A stretch of DNA of 64,000 nt from Lytechinus pictus. Lineage: Eukaryota. Position 1 is the stretch's first letter, and each line of letters opens with the position of its first letter. The stretch spans positions 9,178,001 to 9,242,000 of the forward strand of contig NC_087246.1 of assembly GCF_037042905.1 (NCBI RefSeq), given 5' to 3'. This document shows, one piece after another, positions 38,848 to 51,432 of the stretch. Made by a program: the position numbers and the translations under genes. The notes beneath the pieces are model-generated. The model saw only the letters and a program-made list of their open reading frames with translations. It was not told the DNA's origin and ran no database searches.

Positions 38848-39309
38848 TAGCCAGGAGGCTTCTAGAGAGTAAAAATCATTTACTAACGTAAGGTTACGAA
38901 GCCAGGGCTTCCGTCATATACTTTTGCGTGTACCACCAAAAAACCTGAAACTTTCGCCCCCAACGTTACGCGACGCAAGCGTCCGTATCGTGGGTGAAGA
39001 ACAATAGAAAACAAGATGGCAGCGTAAACATCGGGCAAGTCTCTTCCGTCTATTCATATTTTTCTCATTTTTTTTGGATGAATTCTTGTATAAAAATAAA
39101 ATCCATAGCGTAGAAATGTCGGAAATGAAGTTGTATCCCATGTACATGATTTAAGGCTAGATCTTTTAGAAAGAAAGTAGAAATCTCGGGGGCGAAAGTT
39201 TCAGGTTTTTTGGTGGTACACGCAAAAGTATACGACGGAAGCTCTGGCTTCGTATGAGAGTAACCTTACGTTAGTAAATTATTTTTACTCTCTAGAAGCC
39301 TCCTGGCTA
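38848..39309. mobile_element. hAT-like MITE with TAG...CTA ends, long TIRs and 8-bp TSD
   Basis: TAGCCAGGAGGCTTCTAGAGAG ... CTCTCTAGAAGCCTCCTGGCTA, with inverted arms of ~110 bp. GTATTACC is duplicated at 38840-38847 and 39310-39317. Confidence 0.85.
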
Positions 39310-39643
39310 GTATTACCCCCACCATGAACAACCCCTTGTTCAACTCCATCTGTTTATACTTTCCTTATCACTTTGCCTTCCTCAGAATATTATGTACAGT
39401 GAATTATATATTGTAGTTTAGTGTAGAGAAGAAAGTCAGTTGTGAATGTAACTCCAAGCCAAGCAGACATGCCTAGTTATTGAGTAGAGATCGAGACTGA
39501 GAATGAGTTCAAGTGTGTATTAGAGTTAGAATACGCATACACAAAAACTAATTATTTATAATCACGTATTAAATTTTACAAAAATTTAGTTACTTGCAAA
39601 TGAGAGAATTGATGATGTCCCTCACTCACTATTCCTTTTGTTT

Positions 39644-40053
39644 TTATATGCCCGTCCTAGACAGGATGTATTATGGTATCACGCTCGGTGTCCGTCCGTC
39701 TGTTAACTTTTCCTTGTAAACGCAATAAAAAAAACTTCAGTTTGACTTAACCTAGGCTCATATAATTTGGTGTGTATGATACTAGGAAGCCTATTGATTT
39801 TGGGGTCAAAGGTCAAGGTCACAGTGACATATTTTCATCTTACCCTTCTGCAGTCCTTGTAAATGCGATAACTTCAGTTTAACTTAACCTAGGCTCATAT
39901 AATTTGGTGTGTATGATACTAGCATAGATCCCAGCAATTCTAATTGAGGTCAGAGGTGAAGTTGCCACCTTCCACTTTTCTTGCTTGACCAATAACTCCA
40001 TTTTCCGCGTTACAGGCGGGCGTATTATGTGCTCGCCTTAGCAACACTCTTGT
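39644..40053 (+). mobile_element. DINE-1/HINE-like (Helentron-associated) element
   Basis: Sub-TIRs ATGCCCG / CGGGCGTAT, a (GTCY)n microsatellite, two ~140-bp internal repeats and a 3' hairpin. It is inserted in a T-run of a MITE whose empty site is seen at ~22310-22325. Confidence 0.7.
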
Positions 40054-41583
40054 TTATTGTTTGAATTATACAATATTTCAATTTTTACAGATTTGAAAGT
40101 AAGGACAAACTTGACAGAACTAAATGTTAAACAATGGTAATTCGTCATGTTCAGGGAGAAATAAAACTTTGTTTCACAAGACAATGAGGAGAAAATAAGA
40201 ATAGTTCATATTTCTTATAATGAAATACAAAAGAAATAGTAAATGGATCAGTTCCCTCATTTGCGTACAGACCGGGACGTGCATAATGCATATACCTATT
40301 TTATAAAATTAAGCGAAACTTAATGTCATAACTTATTTTACATCCGATTTTTATGAAATTTTCAGTGTTATGCTTGTTGGATTTTTCTCTTTTTATTCAA
40401 ATCAACTTTTTGTTGGGGTGCACTTGTCCTTTAAATTTGCTATATAAATTTCAATTAAGTTAGATATGTTTTGTCGCCTTTCACACCTTATTTTTAAAAT
40501 TGAAGATGCTACTACTCTTTAAAAAGCAAACGAATAGCAAAATGAGTGGATTCTTTATCTGAAGTATATAATTTGGTGGAATTTAGATGGAGTAATAGAG
40601 GTTTACACTCAACTTTGTGATCTCGTGGAGTTTAAAATCGCAAAATTATTTTATTACGTATTTCTTGAGACCTTGCAAATGGGTGAACTTCAAAGCTCTA
40701 TAGCAAAAAATCAAGCACATGAACCCAAGTTAATTTTTGCATATTTGGAATAATTAGGTGCCAAAGTAACTCTGCAAAATTTGTTTAAAATGACATGGAT
40801 TTCATTTTAACTGTGGAAAGTCCTTAAGCCTTTGCACTTTCAAAGTTAGAGGCCCGTTTCCTGAATTTGGAGTTAATTCAAACTCTGGTCTTAAAACATA
40901 AATTAACTATGGATGGTCAATTGTATAAACAAAATCTCAAAGAGTAAAGTCAGAATTAAATTCAATAAAACAGCTCATCATATTTTGGCACCAAAATAAT
41001 AATTAAAATTGTACCGACTGCCGTAGGTGTACATGTAGTACCGGTATCATTGGCTTATGTTAAAATTCGATTGATGAGGAAGAGGGACGAAGACAGACAA
41101 GCATCTCCTCAATTATGTTGTGTTAGTGTAATATAAATTTTGAAAAATGCCATTTTGTCAAAGAGTTTAAAGTGATTTTATTTGTGTAGGGGATTTTAAT
41201 CATCAGACACATCAATGGCACCCCCTTCTGTCAGTATGACAATAACCAAGAGGGATTTACTCTAATGGAAGAAGAAGAAGAAAATGAAATATATGGAAAA
41301 TAACTATGGGGAGCTACTCACAAATGACATCACAAGTAAGAAAAAATTTCAAAAAAGAAAAGAAAAATCAGAACTCTTAAATTGTTTTTATCATGGATTT
41401 CTCATCAATTCTTTACCAATATTTTTTATATAGTTTTGAGTAATGCATTAAGTAATAAAAGCCAATTTACCATCATCAGTGTGACTTTCCCCCTTCAAAG
41501 TCTAAAGTAAAATGATTGAAGTGAATTTACTTAAAAACAATGAAATTCCTCTTCCAAATATGTTTGTTGATACAGCTACCAAA

Positions 41584-43712
41584 ATGCCTGGTAAAGATGG
41601 TGAAATTGTGATGGTGACAGGGGCATCTGGATTCTTGGGTCAGCATATCATTAAACAGCTGCTAGAACAAGGCGAATTTCTCATCAAAGAGGTCATGACC
41701 TTTGACCTAAGGCCTTTCACCTGGTGTCCAGAACTTGAAGGTAATTTGAGACATCTTTAAAAAAAAAAAAGATTTAAATGAAAAGGTTTTAACTGAGAAA
41801 ACTAGACTAGACAGAATGTCAATTTGACATTTGAATTTCTTTGTATTAACCCTAGGCACATAGCATAAGTGTACTCTTAAAAGTTCTATTGTATTCCTGG
41901 CATTTCGTTAAAAGATCTCAAGAATATTCTCAAACTTTCAAGTCACTTTCAGATAATTGAAAAAATAAGAGAAAAGATGCCAAATTAAACAGATATTTTG
42001 CCATAGATGTTCATTATCTGGCATCCTCTTGTCCTCTCTCCCAGACTCTAAAAATTGACCTTTTATCCATACTAATATTATTGATCATTTATGATTGCTT
42101 CATTGATGTTGTAAATCAAGCTAAATTTTCTCTTGTTGCAGTATGTGCTGAGCCTTAGAATGTATCAAATGCATCCTGTTCTAGCTCTCATATTCCCCCT
42201 TTTATAGAATTAAATACCAATGAAAGAAAAATACAAATTTCTAACAAACTTTTGTTAATGTTGAATCCCTTTTCTATTAGTAAGCAACCCCAGTTGCAAG
42301 CTGACACACACTGAGGGAGACCTGTTATGCATGGAAGAGGTGCGTAGGGCATTCAAGGGTGTGACTGTTGTTATTCATACTGCTGGTGTGATTGATGTGT
42401 CTCCTCTACCCGATTCGGAACTTCTCCGTACTGTCAATATCCAAGGTTTGACTTTTCTTATTTCTCAAAGTACTGCTGGTTTGTTGTCTGATCATTTCCC
42501 TGCAACACTTCCCAACAATCAGCTGATTTTTATTCCATTTGTTTTGAGGGTCCTATTTTTTGTGTTTTTAAAAGCTTTCCTGTCAAACAATAAGATCACA
42601 ATTTAATATAAGAAAGATAAAGGAAATTATGACAGTAAGTAATCTATTGTGTAAAAATTGTACTCGATATAAAATATTCTGAGAAGAGTGAGAGTAATAG
42701 TACTGTTTTCAAATTAGAAGTATGAACTTACCTGATCTCATTACCATGTTATCAGTACGTTCAAATCTGTCACAATATGAATGTATTTTCATATCTAAAT
42801 TTGATCAGTAATTTTGTTTTTGATTTCTTGATAGGCCTCATATTGTTTAGACATATCATGGTATGCAAGCAAATTAATGCTTATTTGTCGGGAGTGTGAA
42901 GTAAATGATTCGATTCTTTCATTTATCAAACAGGTTCTGAGAATGTGCTTCAAGCCTGTATACACAACAACATACAGTATCTTGTGTACACCAGCACAGT
43001 TGATGTAGTTATTGGACAGGAGCCTATAACAGGGGGTACAGAGACAACATTAGGCATTCCTCAACATCACCACTTTGGCCTCTACGCTAACACCAAATAT
43101 GAAGCAGAAAAAATTGTTCTTAAGGCAAATAATCTAATCCTGCAAAACAGCAAGCGCCTCCAGACTTGCGCGCTTCGACCAACACCGTTGTATGGTGAAG
43201 GCGATGTGTACAACAGGGATGTCTTACAACAAGCTTCTCTCTACAAGACAATGGTTCGCTTGGGGAATGAATCTTCACGTTATCAGTGTACCTATGCTGG
43301 GAACATTGCTTGGGGACATGTCCTGGCTGTGAAGGAACTTGTTAAACCAACAACTGAAGAATCTCCTGCAGGACAAGCCTTCTTCCTCACTGATGAAACT
43401 CCCGTGTCTAAAGTCAGTGACTTCTTTACACCATTCGTCATAGGAGTCAACGCAAAGATGTCCAGCTTCTCACTTCCATTTTGGTTACTCTATTCCATTG
43501 CTGTTGTGATAGAGATATGTGCCTGGCTACTTCAACCAATCTATAGGATCAAGGTCTTTTTGACCACTGCTACTGTGTCTTATGTCTATGGTGTGTACTA
43601 TTTCCAGTGTGAAGGAGCAGAAAGATGCCTTGGATATGAGCCTCTGTACACTTATGATGATGCTGTGGAAAGGAGTCTTGTTTACTACAGAAGAGAATGT
43701 GGCTTATCTTGA
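41584..43712 (+). CDS. hsd3b: 3-beta-hydroxysteroid dehydrogenase/Delta5-4 isomerase family protein (extended SDR), 366 aa
   Basis: Exons 41584-41740, 42281-42445 and 42934-43712 (GT-AG, phases 1 and 1, 1101 nt). Motifs: VTGASGFLG, acidic TFDLR, VIHTAG, VYTST, catalytic YANTK, CALRPTPLYGEGD and YAGNIAWGH, plus a hydrophobic C-terminal segment. Confidence 0.93.
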
Positions 43713-46700
43713 ACAACGGTGATGCCCAGTTTTTCCCAGTCAGCAATACTATATTTGTATATTTTTACTCACTACCTTTTGATTTTACTTCCAGAGCAAT
43801 AACTTGCCACAAATGAGAATATTGGCTTTATGACAAAAGTGTATTTACACCTGGTTGATTTTGAAAAATATGTAGATTATGAGAACTTACTGTAAAATTT
43901 CTTGTAAAATTTAAAAATACGTAATAATTTGCAGACATTGTCTTTTTTAAATGTTATTTTACTTTGCCTGCATACTGTCAAAATACCTGCTATTTTCTGA
44001 TCAAGGTCAGAAAAACGAAAAATTTCACATTTCTTTAAGAATGTGCTGGTGTTGAAGGGCCTGTATCTTAGACAAGACCACAAAGTATTATAATTGTTTG
44101 CTGATTCTTGCTCAGGTTATTAATTTTAGTATGAAAGGTACTGTTTGTATACAGTACTTTACTGATTAGCACTAAAATAACAGGTATGAAAAAAAAAATA
44201 GCAGGAAAAATGTCTAATATGCAATTAAGTACTCATTTTCTAGAACGTTTTCACCTACTCCCAAAATTGTTGATTAAAGTTTTTCATCTCCAAAATTATG
44301 TATTAATACATTAATTAATGTGAGGAAAATGGCCTTTGTAATTATTTGACAAGACATTTCTGTTTCATGAACATCCTTCAGGATTACATGTACATGTGTA
44401 TCTACACATCATACATAAAATAAAAAATTCAAAAAAGAAAATCTCTGTCTATTCTGTTTTGGGGAACAACAATTTAAGTTCATAAAAAAATCATGTTCTA
44501 TGTCAACATTTGTAGTATTTCATTCATTTGAATCTTTAGGTGATTTTTACCTGGTTTTTCTTACATAACCTTTCCCACACAAAAATGCCTATTTGTACTA
44601 CATATCTAAAAAATGATAGATAGTCCCTACTCTTTTTGAGATACTGGGTGGAAGTTGCTGATATTTCAAGAGGTCGGCATCTCTACATGTGAACAAGGAT
44701 TGTTTGTCCTGTTTTTTGTACTTTGTATTCTTTTTTTATCATTGTCTTGCATGTGATAAATCACCATCTTGTTCAATAAGCCAATGCCTTTCATAAAGTT
44801 AGAAAATCCATAATCCATTTGGCATCTGTCTGAAGGGATATTTATTCCTTATGTGAGTTATCATTTTAATGTAACAAAGCAGTGGCCTTTACATGTAGTT
44901 TTGTGATTAAAAGTAGTGATAAAAATAATCTTGCCATGCAATTGCAAATATTTTATGAAATCGATCAATACAGGGTAAAGGTTGTACAAGATAACGATAA
45001 AATTATTTGATTTGAAAGGGTTCTAAGGGGCCCTTTAAAGGGGTACTCCCAGCTGAAAAAAGTTTATATCTAAATAAATAGAAAAAAAATCAGAGTTAAA
45101 TGTTGAAAATTTGATAAAAATAAATGAAATAAAACAAATAAATATCAAAGTTAATAACTTTTGAAGTTTAGCAATATTTTGTGAAAAGTTATATGCACAT
45201 CATCATGGATATTCATTATATGAACTGATGATGTCATGCCCCCACTTTCCCTATTCTTCTGTTATTAACCCTAATATAAAGACTGGTGGCTGATTCAGCA
45301 CCCCTTGACCTATTTCATGACAAATCTGCTGCTTAAAATTAACTGACCGCGCCGCTCGCTGACTTGTTAACTTTTGAGACCAAATATGTGACCCCCAGGT
45401 ATGCATTTCCAAAATTACGCAACATTTTGTAAGTGCATGTCAGACCCAAAATTGCTCATATACGTGAATTTGTGTACAAATCCAATTGAAATTCTGTTTT
45501 TAACCAAAATTCATAAATGTATCATTTCTCCTTTTACTGATTAAAAACTCAATTTCATCTTGTTTATGTTCAGACATAAAGACACCATCAATTTTCATTG
45601 AAAAAAACAATGAAAAATGGTTTTAAAAAATAAAGAAATAAAATTTTAAAAATAAAAAGTATAAGAAAAAATTTGCAATATTGGTTTTTTTCAACCACAT
45701 GTGTACATTTGGTTAAAATCCTACAAAGATTATGAATTCGCATAATTAGTTATTTTACGAAGCATTTGATCGTACAGTTTTGTAGATTGACATGTGCCAA
45801 TTGTGCAGTCGATGGCAAAGATTTTTTTATAGGAAAAACAAGTGGAAGACTCTCATATTGCCATGACAATTATCAGTATGATGGAATTACCATATTCATT
45901 ATGAATAAAGATACAGCAAATCATGTGATCCACAATATTATGTACCTGGTACATTAATTTGTATGTACACACATTCCATCCATAATTTATTACAGTTACT
46001 ACCTATTAAGAGTAACCCAAGGAGGGTTTCGTGTTGAAAATCATAAATGATCATTATGTGATAATGAAATATGCAAATAAATTATTATATTATATAGGAA
46101 ATGAGTTCAGACTCATGTTTTTTTTTCTTCTTCATGGTTATTATCATCATCATGTTGATTCAGTATTTGGAAGTATTTCATAATTTTACTTGCTCCCTTT
46201 GGAAGCACAAAGAGATGTTAAATGGTACATGATGTATATAAATGCACTACAAGAACTGAGTTTTATAATTATTGTTTACTATGATCATTCCCAAAGGCTT
46301 GCAAAGAATGTAAAATTCTGTTATTTTCAGCAAAATTTGCACTGATGGTGTAAACTTGTATCTACAACATGTACCTATAAATATGAATGTATAAATTTAT
46401 GTAAAATAGGAAACAAAACTTTTTTGGAACAAAACTGTTTTGAATTTAGCTCCTTTTGGAACAAAACTCAAATTTGCAATCAATAATTATGAACCTTTAA
46501 AAAAAAAATCAAAAGCGATATGTTGCATTTGATTCCCACGGCAAAGATACATGTATTTGTGTAAAAAAAAATCAATTTTGGTCAAAAGTGGATTTAGCTC
46601 CTTTTGGAATCAAGCTCTTCATATCATGCCCATTCTCCTTCCCCAGCATACTATACAACCAATTAGACTTACATGTACTGGATGGTATTCTGATAACTTA

Positions 46701-49700
46701 ACCCAGATTTTACTCCAGACTCAACAAAATTTTAATTCATACTTTGGAATGCTAAGTTTCATCTCGCTTCTTCCATATTCATACTAAACAATACAATACA
46801 CATATGATCCTATTTTTTCTTTGTGTTCACAACACAAATATATTTTTGAACAATTTATTGTTGCAGGATTAAAGTGATTTGTATGAGGTGATTAGCTGGC
46901 AACTGGTACTCCATTAAAGTGAGGTCTGAGACAAATAAAGATTAACTAATCCATTGTGATGAGAATATGAACCAATGAATTTAGCTAGAAAGGGATTAAG
47001 AGAGCTTGGAATTTGACTAAAGTGGCTGACAACCATAGAACATCTATTCCTCCCTATTAAAATAAACTGAACACAATACATGCTTGTAAACACACAAAGC
47101 AATGAGTATCTTCATTTCAGTTTATTTCTCAATTCAATTGAAAATTATTTTAGTTATTCAAAAACTTATTCAAAGAAATTCTTTACATATTTTTAGTATG
47201 AACTCTTCTGTACAGGTTACATTGTTCATTTTACCTACCATATCATGCCCCAAATAAAACACCTGAAATAGTTTTTTTGTTTACATTTCATACATTCAAA
47301 TGCATACATGTATTTGTCTTACATCTCCCGAACAAACCACAGAAACAATAGTAGCCTAATTTTAGGGTAAAGTGAAAAACAATTTTTTTTTTTTTTAATG
47401 CTTAAACTTAAATGTTATTTTTAACGTATTTTTAAATGTACAATTTTTTTTATCTGACTTAATTATATCACTGGGTTTGGACTGGTGCACCATCAGCACA
47501 CATCATTTGGACTGCTATGAGATTGACATCTGTATATTAAAGATTTGCATTATCTGATGATTATTCTCTTTATTATTTGGGGTTTAAAACTGATTCCTGG
47601 GCATATAAACAAGGGGGCAAGTTTTGATGACTTGTAAAAAGTGTCTACTCTAATCAATCAAATGTAACAATCTGCAGAAAAGAGTTTCTGTAATCTACAT
47701 TTTTCATTCCTACAATAAAATCCATCAACATAATAATTCAAGAATATACAAGTACTTTGAATATTTACATATCATTTACAGATATAAGAAATTTTACCAG
47801 ATATAATTATGTTTGTTATTTTCCAACCTGAACAAATATAATTTAATTGGACGGAATATCACACCTATGGAAACTTCTTTTAAATAGAATTTCAGCTTTG
47901 ATTACAACATACAAATTATATATATAAACTGAGCTCATTTCTGCTTAGAAAACATATTTTAGATTATTTACTTTCGAAAATTTTCAGTCACTCTTTAATA
48001 CCAAGTTACATATTTTTCTCAAAATGTGGCAAATCCTTTTCTATGTTGAATACCTACATAGATCAGATAGGGGTAATGTGGAAAGTGATACAGTCAAATA
48101 TATGACTCTTGAGAATATTCAATTTACATTAAAGCTTACATTTAATAGGAATTATTGAACAAAATTTGTATTTCACATCTACAAGATATAGAAAATACAG
48201 TCAACTATATAACAAATTTATTTCTTTTATAAAATATGAATATACAAATATAAATCTCTTAACATAACTTAAAAGGAATGTCTATATTGCTTGACCAGTG
48301 GTAAAGCACAACATTTTGAATCTCTGAAAATTGTTCACATAAAAAAAAAGAGAACTTGAAAACATTTGATTGTAAAAAAGTTCAAAGCCCATCTTTAATT
48401 TTGGTAAATCCCCAAAGCAGTATGTCACTATTCCATTTCATACTAGATCATATTAATGCATGTGTTCTAACACAATTTCATGCGAATGATATAGTTTCCA
48501 GATTTTAAATCAAAATTTAATTTGATTCTAATGGGTGAAAAAATGTATTCAATGACTACTAATTAGAACTATGCATTTGTAATATTGTAATAATCAATTA
48601 TACTTGAGTATATGATATTGTTCACATTACTGACCCTTTACCAAAGATTTAGACTAGCTTTAATTTTTTTGCTAGACTATCAATACAAAAATTAAAAAAA
48701 AGCAAAATCATATTCTGAAATATGGATATGGTTGAATCCACATGTTTTTAAAACTACAAGAATCTCTGAAAATAAATAACATACCAAAATATTCTGTTTG
48801 AAATTTGACATTAAAGGAGCACTCTACTCTATCCTAAGATCAAATTGATTTGAATACAAAAAATGAAATTAAACAAGCTAAATATTGAAAATTTAGAGAA
48901 AATAGGAAGAAAAGCAACGAAATTCCATCATTTATGAAAGTTGAAACTAAATGTCAGGGTGGTTTACCCCTCTAAATTTAGAATGAACCTTTGGCACCTT
49001 AACTATGCAGTATTTGATAAGGATGCAAATAGCAAAATTGTGAGTTACGATGATCCTAGTGTTTTGTTAATAAATATCAAGGTGAAATTTGTCGATACCA
49101 ACAAAGTAAAAAAATAATAATAATAACACTACAGTGGAGAGGATTGTCACTATGTATTTCTAAGCGCACCCTTATACACTTTGGAGGGAATGGGTACATG
49201 TCCCGATGGCTTCCTGCAGAAGGGGCATTGAAGTGAAAACACATGCAAACTGTTATTGTGGAGAGTAAACCCGAGGCCCATTTCATCAAATTTGTAATAA
49301 CAAAAGCTACTAAAATCATTCAATTTAATTGGCTGATATTATTATAGAAATTGTATAATTATAACAAGTCTTCATGAAACGGGGCCCAGAAAGAAACCAA
49401 GATTGACAAAGAATTCCAACATAAAGTTCTTAAGTCTGAGGCTGCTTACAAAGAATCAATTATGAGTACGACTATAAACTTAATGCCATGCTTAATTAAG
49501 CGCAAAGGCGCACATAATATTTCACCATTATACAAGTAATGACACACTAACACAGTAACCAATGGAGTCAATGTGGTGATGTGTTGTTGTATGCTATATG
49601 AAACTGGAAATACAAGCTTCATTTGAAGTCACACTTTACTTTTGGTGTGAAAATTTTTAAAGGTAAAAGCATTTGAAAGAGCAATTATAGATAGAAAAAA

Positions 49701-49796
49701 AAAACCCTTCTACATTGTACCATCATGCAATCCTTACTAATTTATTATGATTTCCAGAGGGAAGCAACTCATCAAAGTATGTAATAGTGCTTCTTA

Positions 49797-49957
49797 TACC
49801 TTGGTCCTATTTGCTCTACGGCAGCCGTACGGCGAGTTGGAAACAGCCGTTTTATTCATTTTTATTCAAAACACCTATGTATAGCTGGTACAAAAATGTT
49901 AAAACGGCTGTTTTTGACTCGCCGTACGGCCACCGTAGAGCAAATGTGACCAAGGTA
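49797..49957. mobile_element. Harbinger-like MITE (TTA TSD)
   Basis: TTA|TACCTTGGTC ... GACCAAGGTA|TTA, with ~55-bp imperfect TIRs. Confidence 0.75.
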
Positions 49958-51004
49958 TTAATGATCAATTAAATACATGTTCACAGCCATTGTTCAGTGG
50001 GCAAACAAAATAATATTTACAAACCGTACTCTGTAATATATACAATACATTATAAATATAATCCCTTCCAACATTTAATATTTCTGTCTATCATCTACTC
50101 AGAGATCCCAGATGTATATAAACCACACACCACACACTCAAAAGATCTTTAAGACATGACAAGGGAGAGTACAACAACTTTTGTGTACAAAGTTAATGGG
50201 ACATGAGGCAGCAACATAAAAATTTCTAGAGGTAAGATTTTTTTGTAACATGGGGTAAAATTTTTTTAAACCAATCATATTCTTTTAGAATATTAGTGCA
50301 AAAACAAATATCCCTAAAACAATCCATCAAGAGATGCAATGACATCATTCAACATGAATAATCAGGACATAATCAAATAATGAAAACAAGAGTCCTGACA
50401 TAAAGAAATCATGACATTGAGTTTGTACACACAACTTTGGATCATCTTTTTAGACTTGAAGCATACAGTGCACTTTGTGATTTTTCTCACCCCGTATGAA
50501 ATTTCTTCCCTATGAAAATGATGAAAAATGTTCCTGAGCTTTGTCATCTCATATCTGAATGAGGAAGTTTGTGGAATTTTTCAAAGAATTCTGTGTCATA
50601 TCATAGGTTTACATGGGTTGTGTAGGGCTGATTTACAAAGCCCCAGCATACTGGCCTTAAAATGAAATGAGAGTCCGAAAAGAAAGAATACAATTTGGAA
50701 AATTATAGAGAAGAGTAATTACTTTACTGCCTGAAGAAAACTGGACACTCTACACCCCCTACTTCCCCTGCCCCTCTATGAACCCCTTTAACATATGTAA
50801 AGCAAACAATTCAAAATTATTGATTTTTCTGAAAGTACAGTTCAATACCACATCTTACACTGATGGAGATTTTTAGTGTATAAGTGAATTTTCAAGGCCC
50901 AACCTCTGCCAATTATTATGAAATACATATTACAGGTATACAATATATCTGTAAATTATCCAATGGACTTTCTTGTATAATATAGAAAAGGCTGTAACTT
51001 TACT

Positions 51005-51432
51005 TTAATCATGACTAGGAAGTAGGCTGCTTGAAAACTCAAGGGATATCTTGGATAGGTTCTCAGAGAGTTGTAGTGAGCAGATTACATAGACTGCTTC
51101 ATGTCTAGGAAGAGTAGGTTGTCCAAAAACCCAATGGCAAATCTTTGAGACATTCCTGCAGGGTCGAAGGAAGGAGATTACATACACTGCTTCAGATCTT
51201 GGAATAGTAGTCAGTTCCAAAAACCCAATGGCAAATATTCAAGAGGTTTCCAGAGGGTTAGGAAGAGTAGTCATGTCTAGGAACAGCAGTTTACTTGATA
51301 ACCCAATGACAAATCTTCAAAAGGTTCCTACTGGGTCCAAGGTATCTTATTACATAGTCGGCTTTATCTGTAGGAAGAGTAGACTGCTTGAAAACCCAAT
51401 CGCAAATCTTCGAGAGGTTCCTACAGGGTTGC
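51005..51432 (-). repeat. Five degenerate ~85-90 bp tandem units derived from the WD40 gene's C-terminal coding end
   Basis: TTACATA...CTAGGAAGAGTAG...AAAACCCAATGGCAAATCTT...AGGTTCCT recurs on the + strand. The rightmost copy is coding. Confidence 0.75.
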
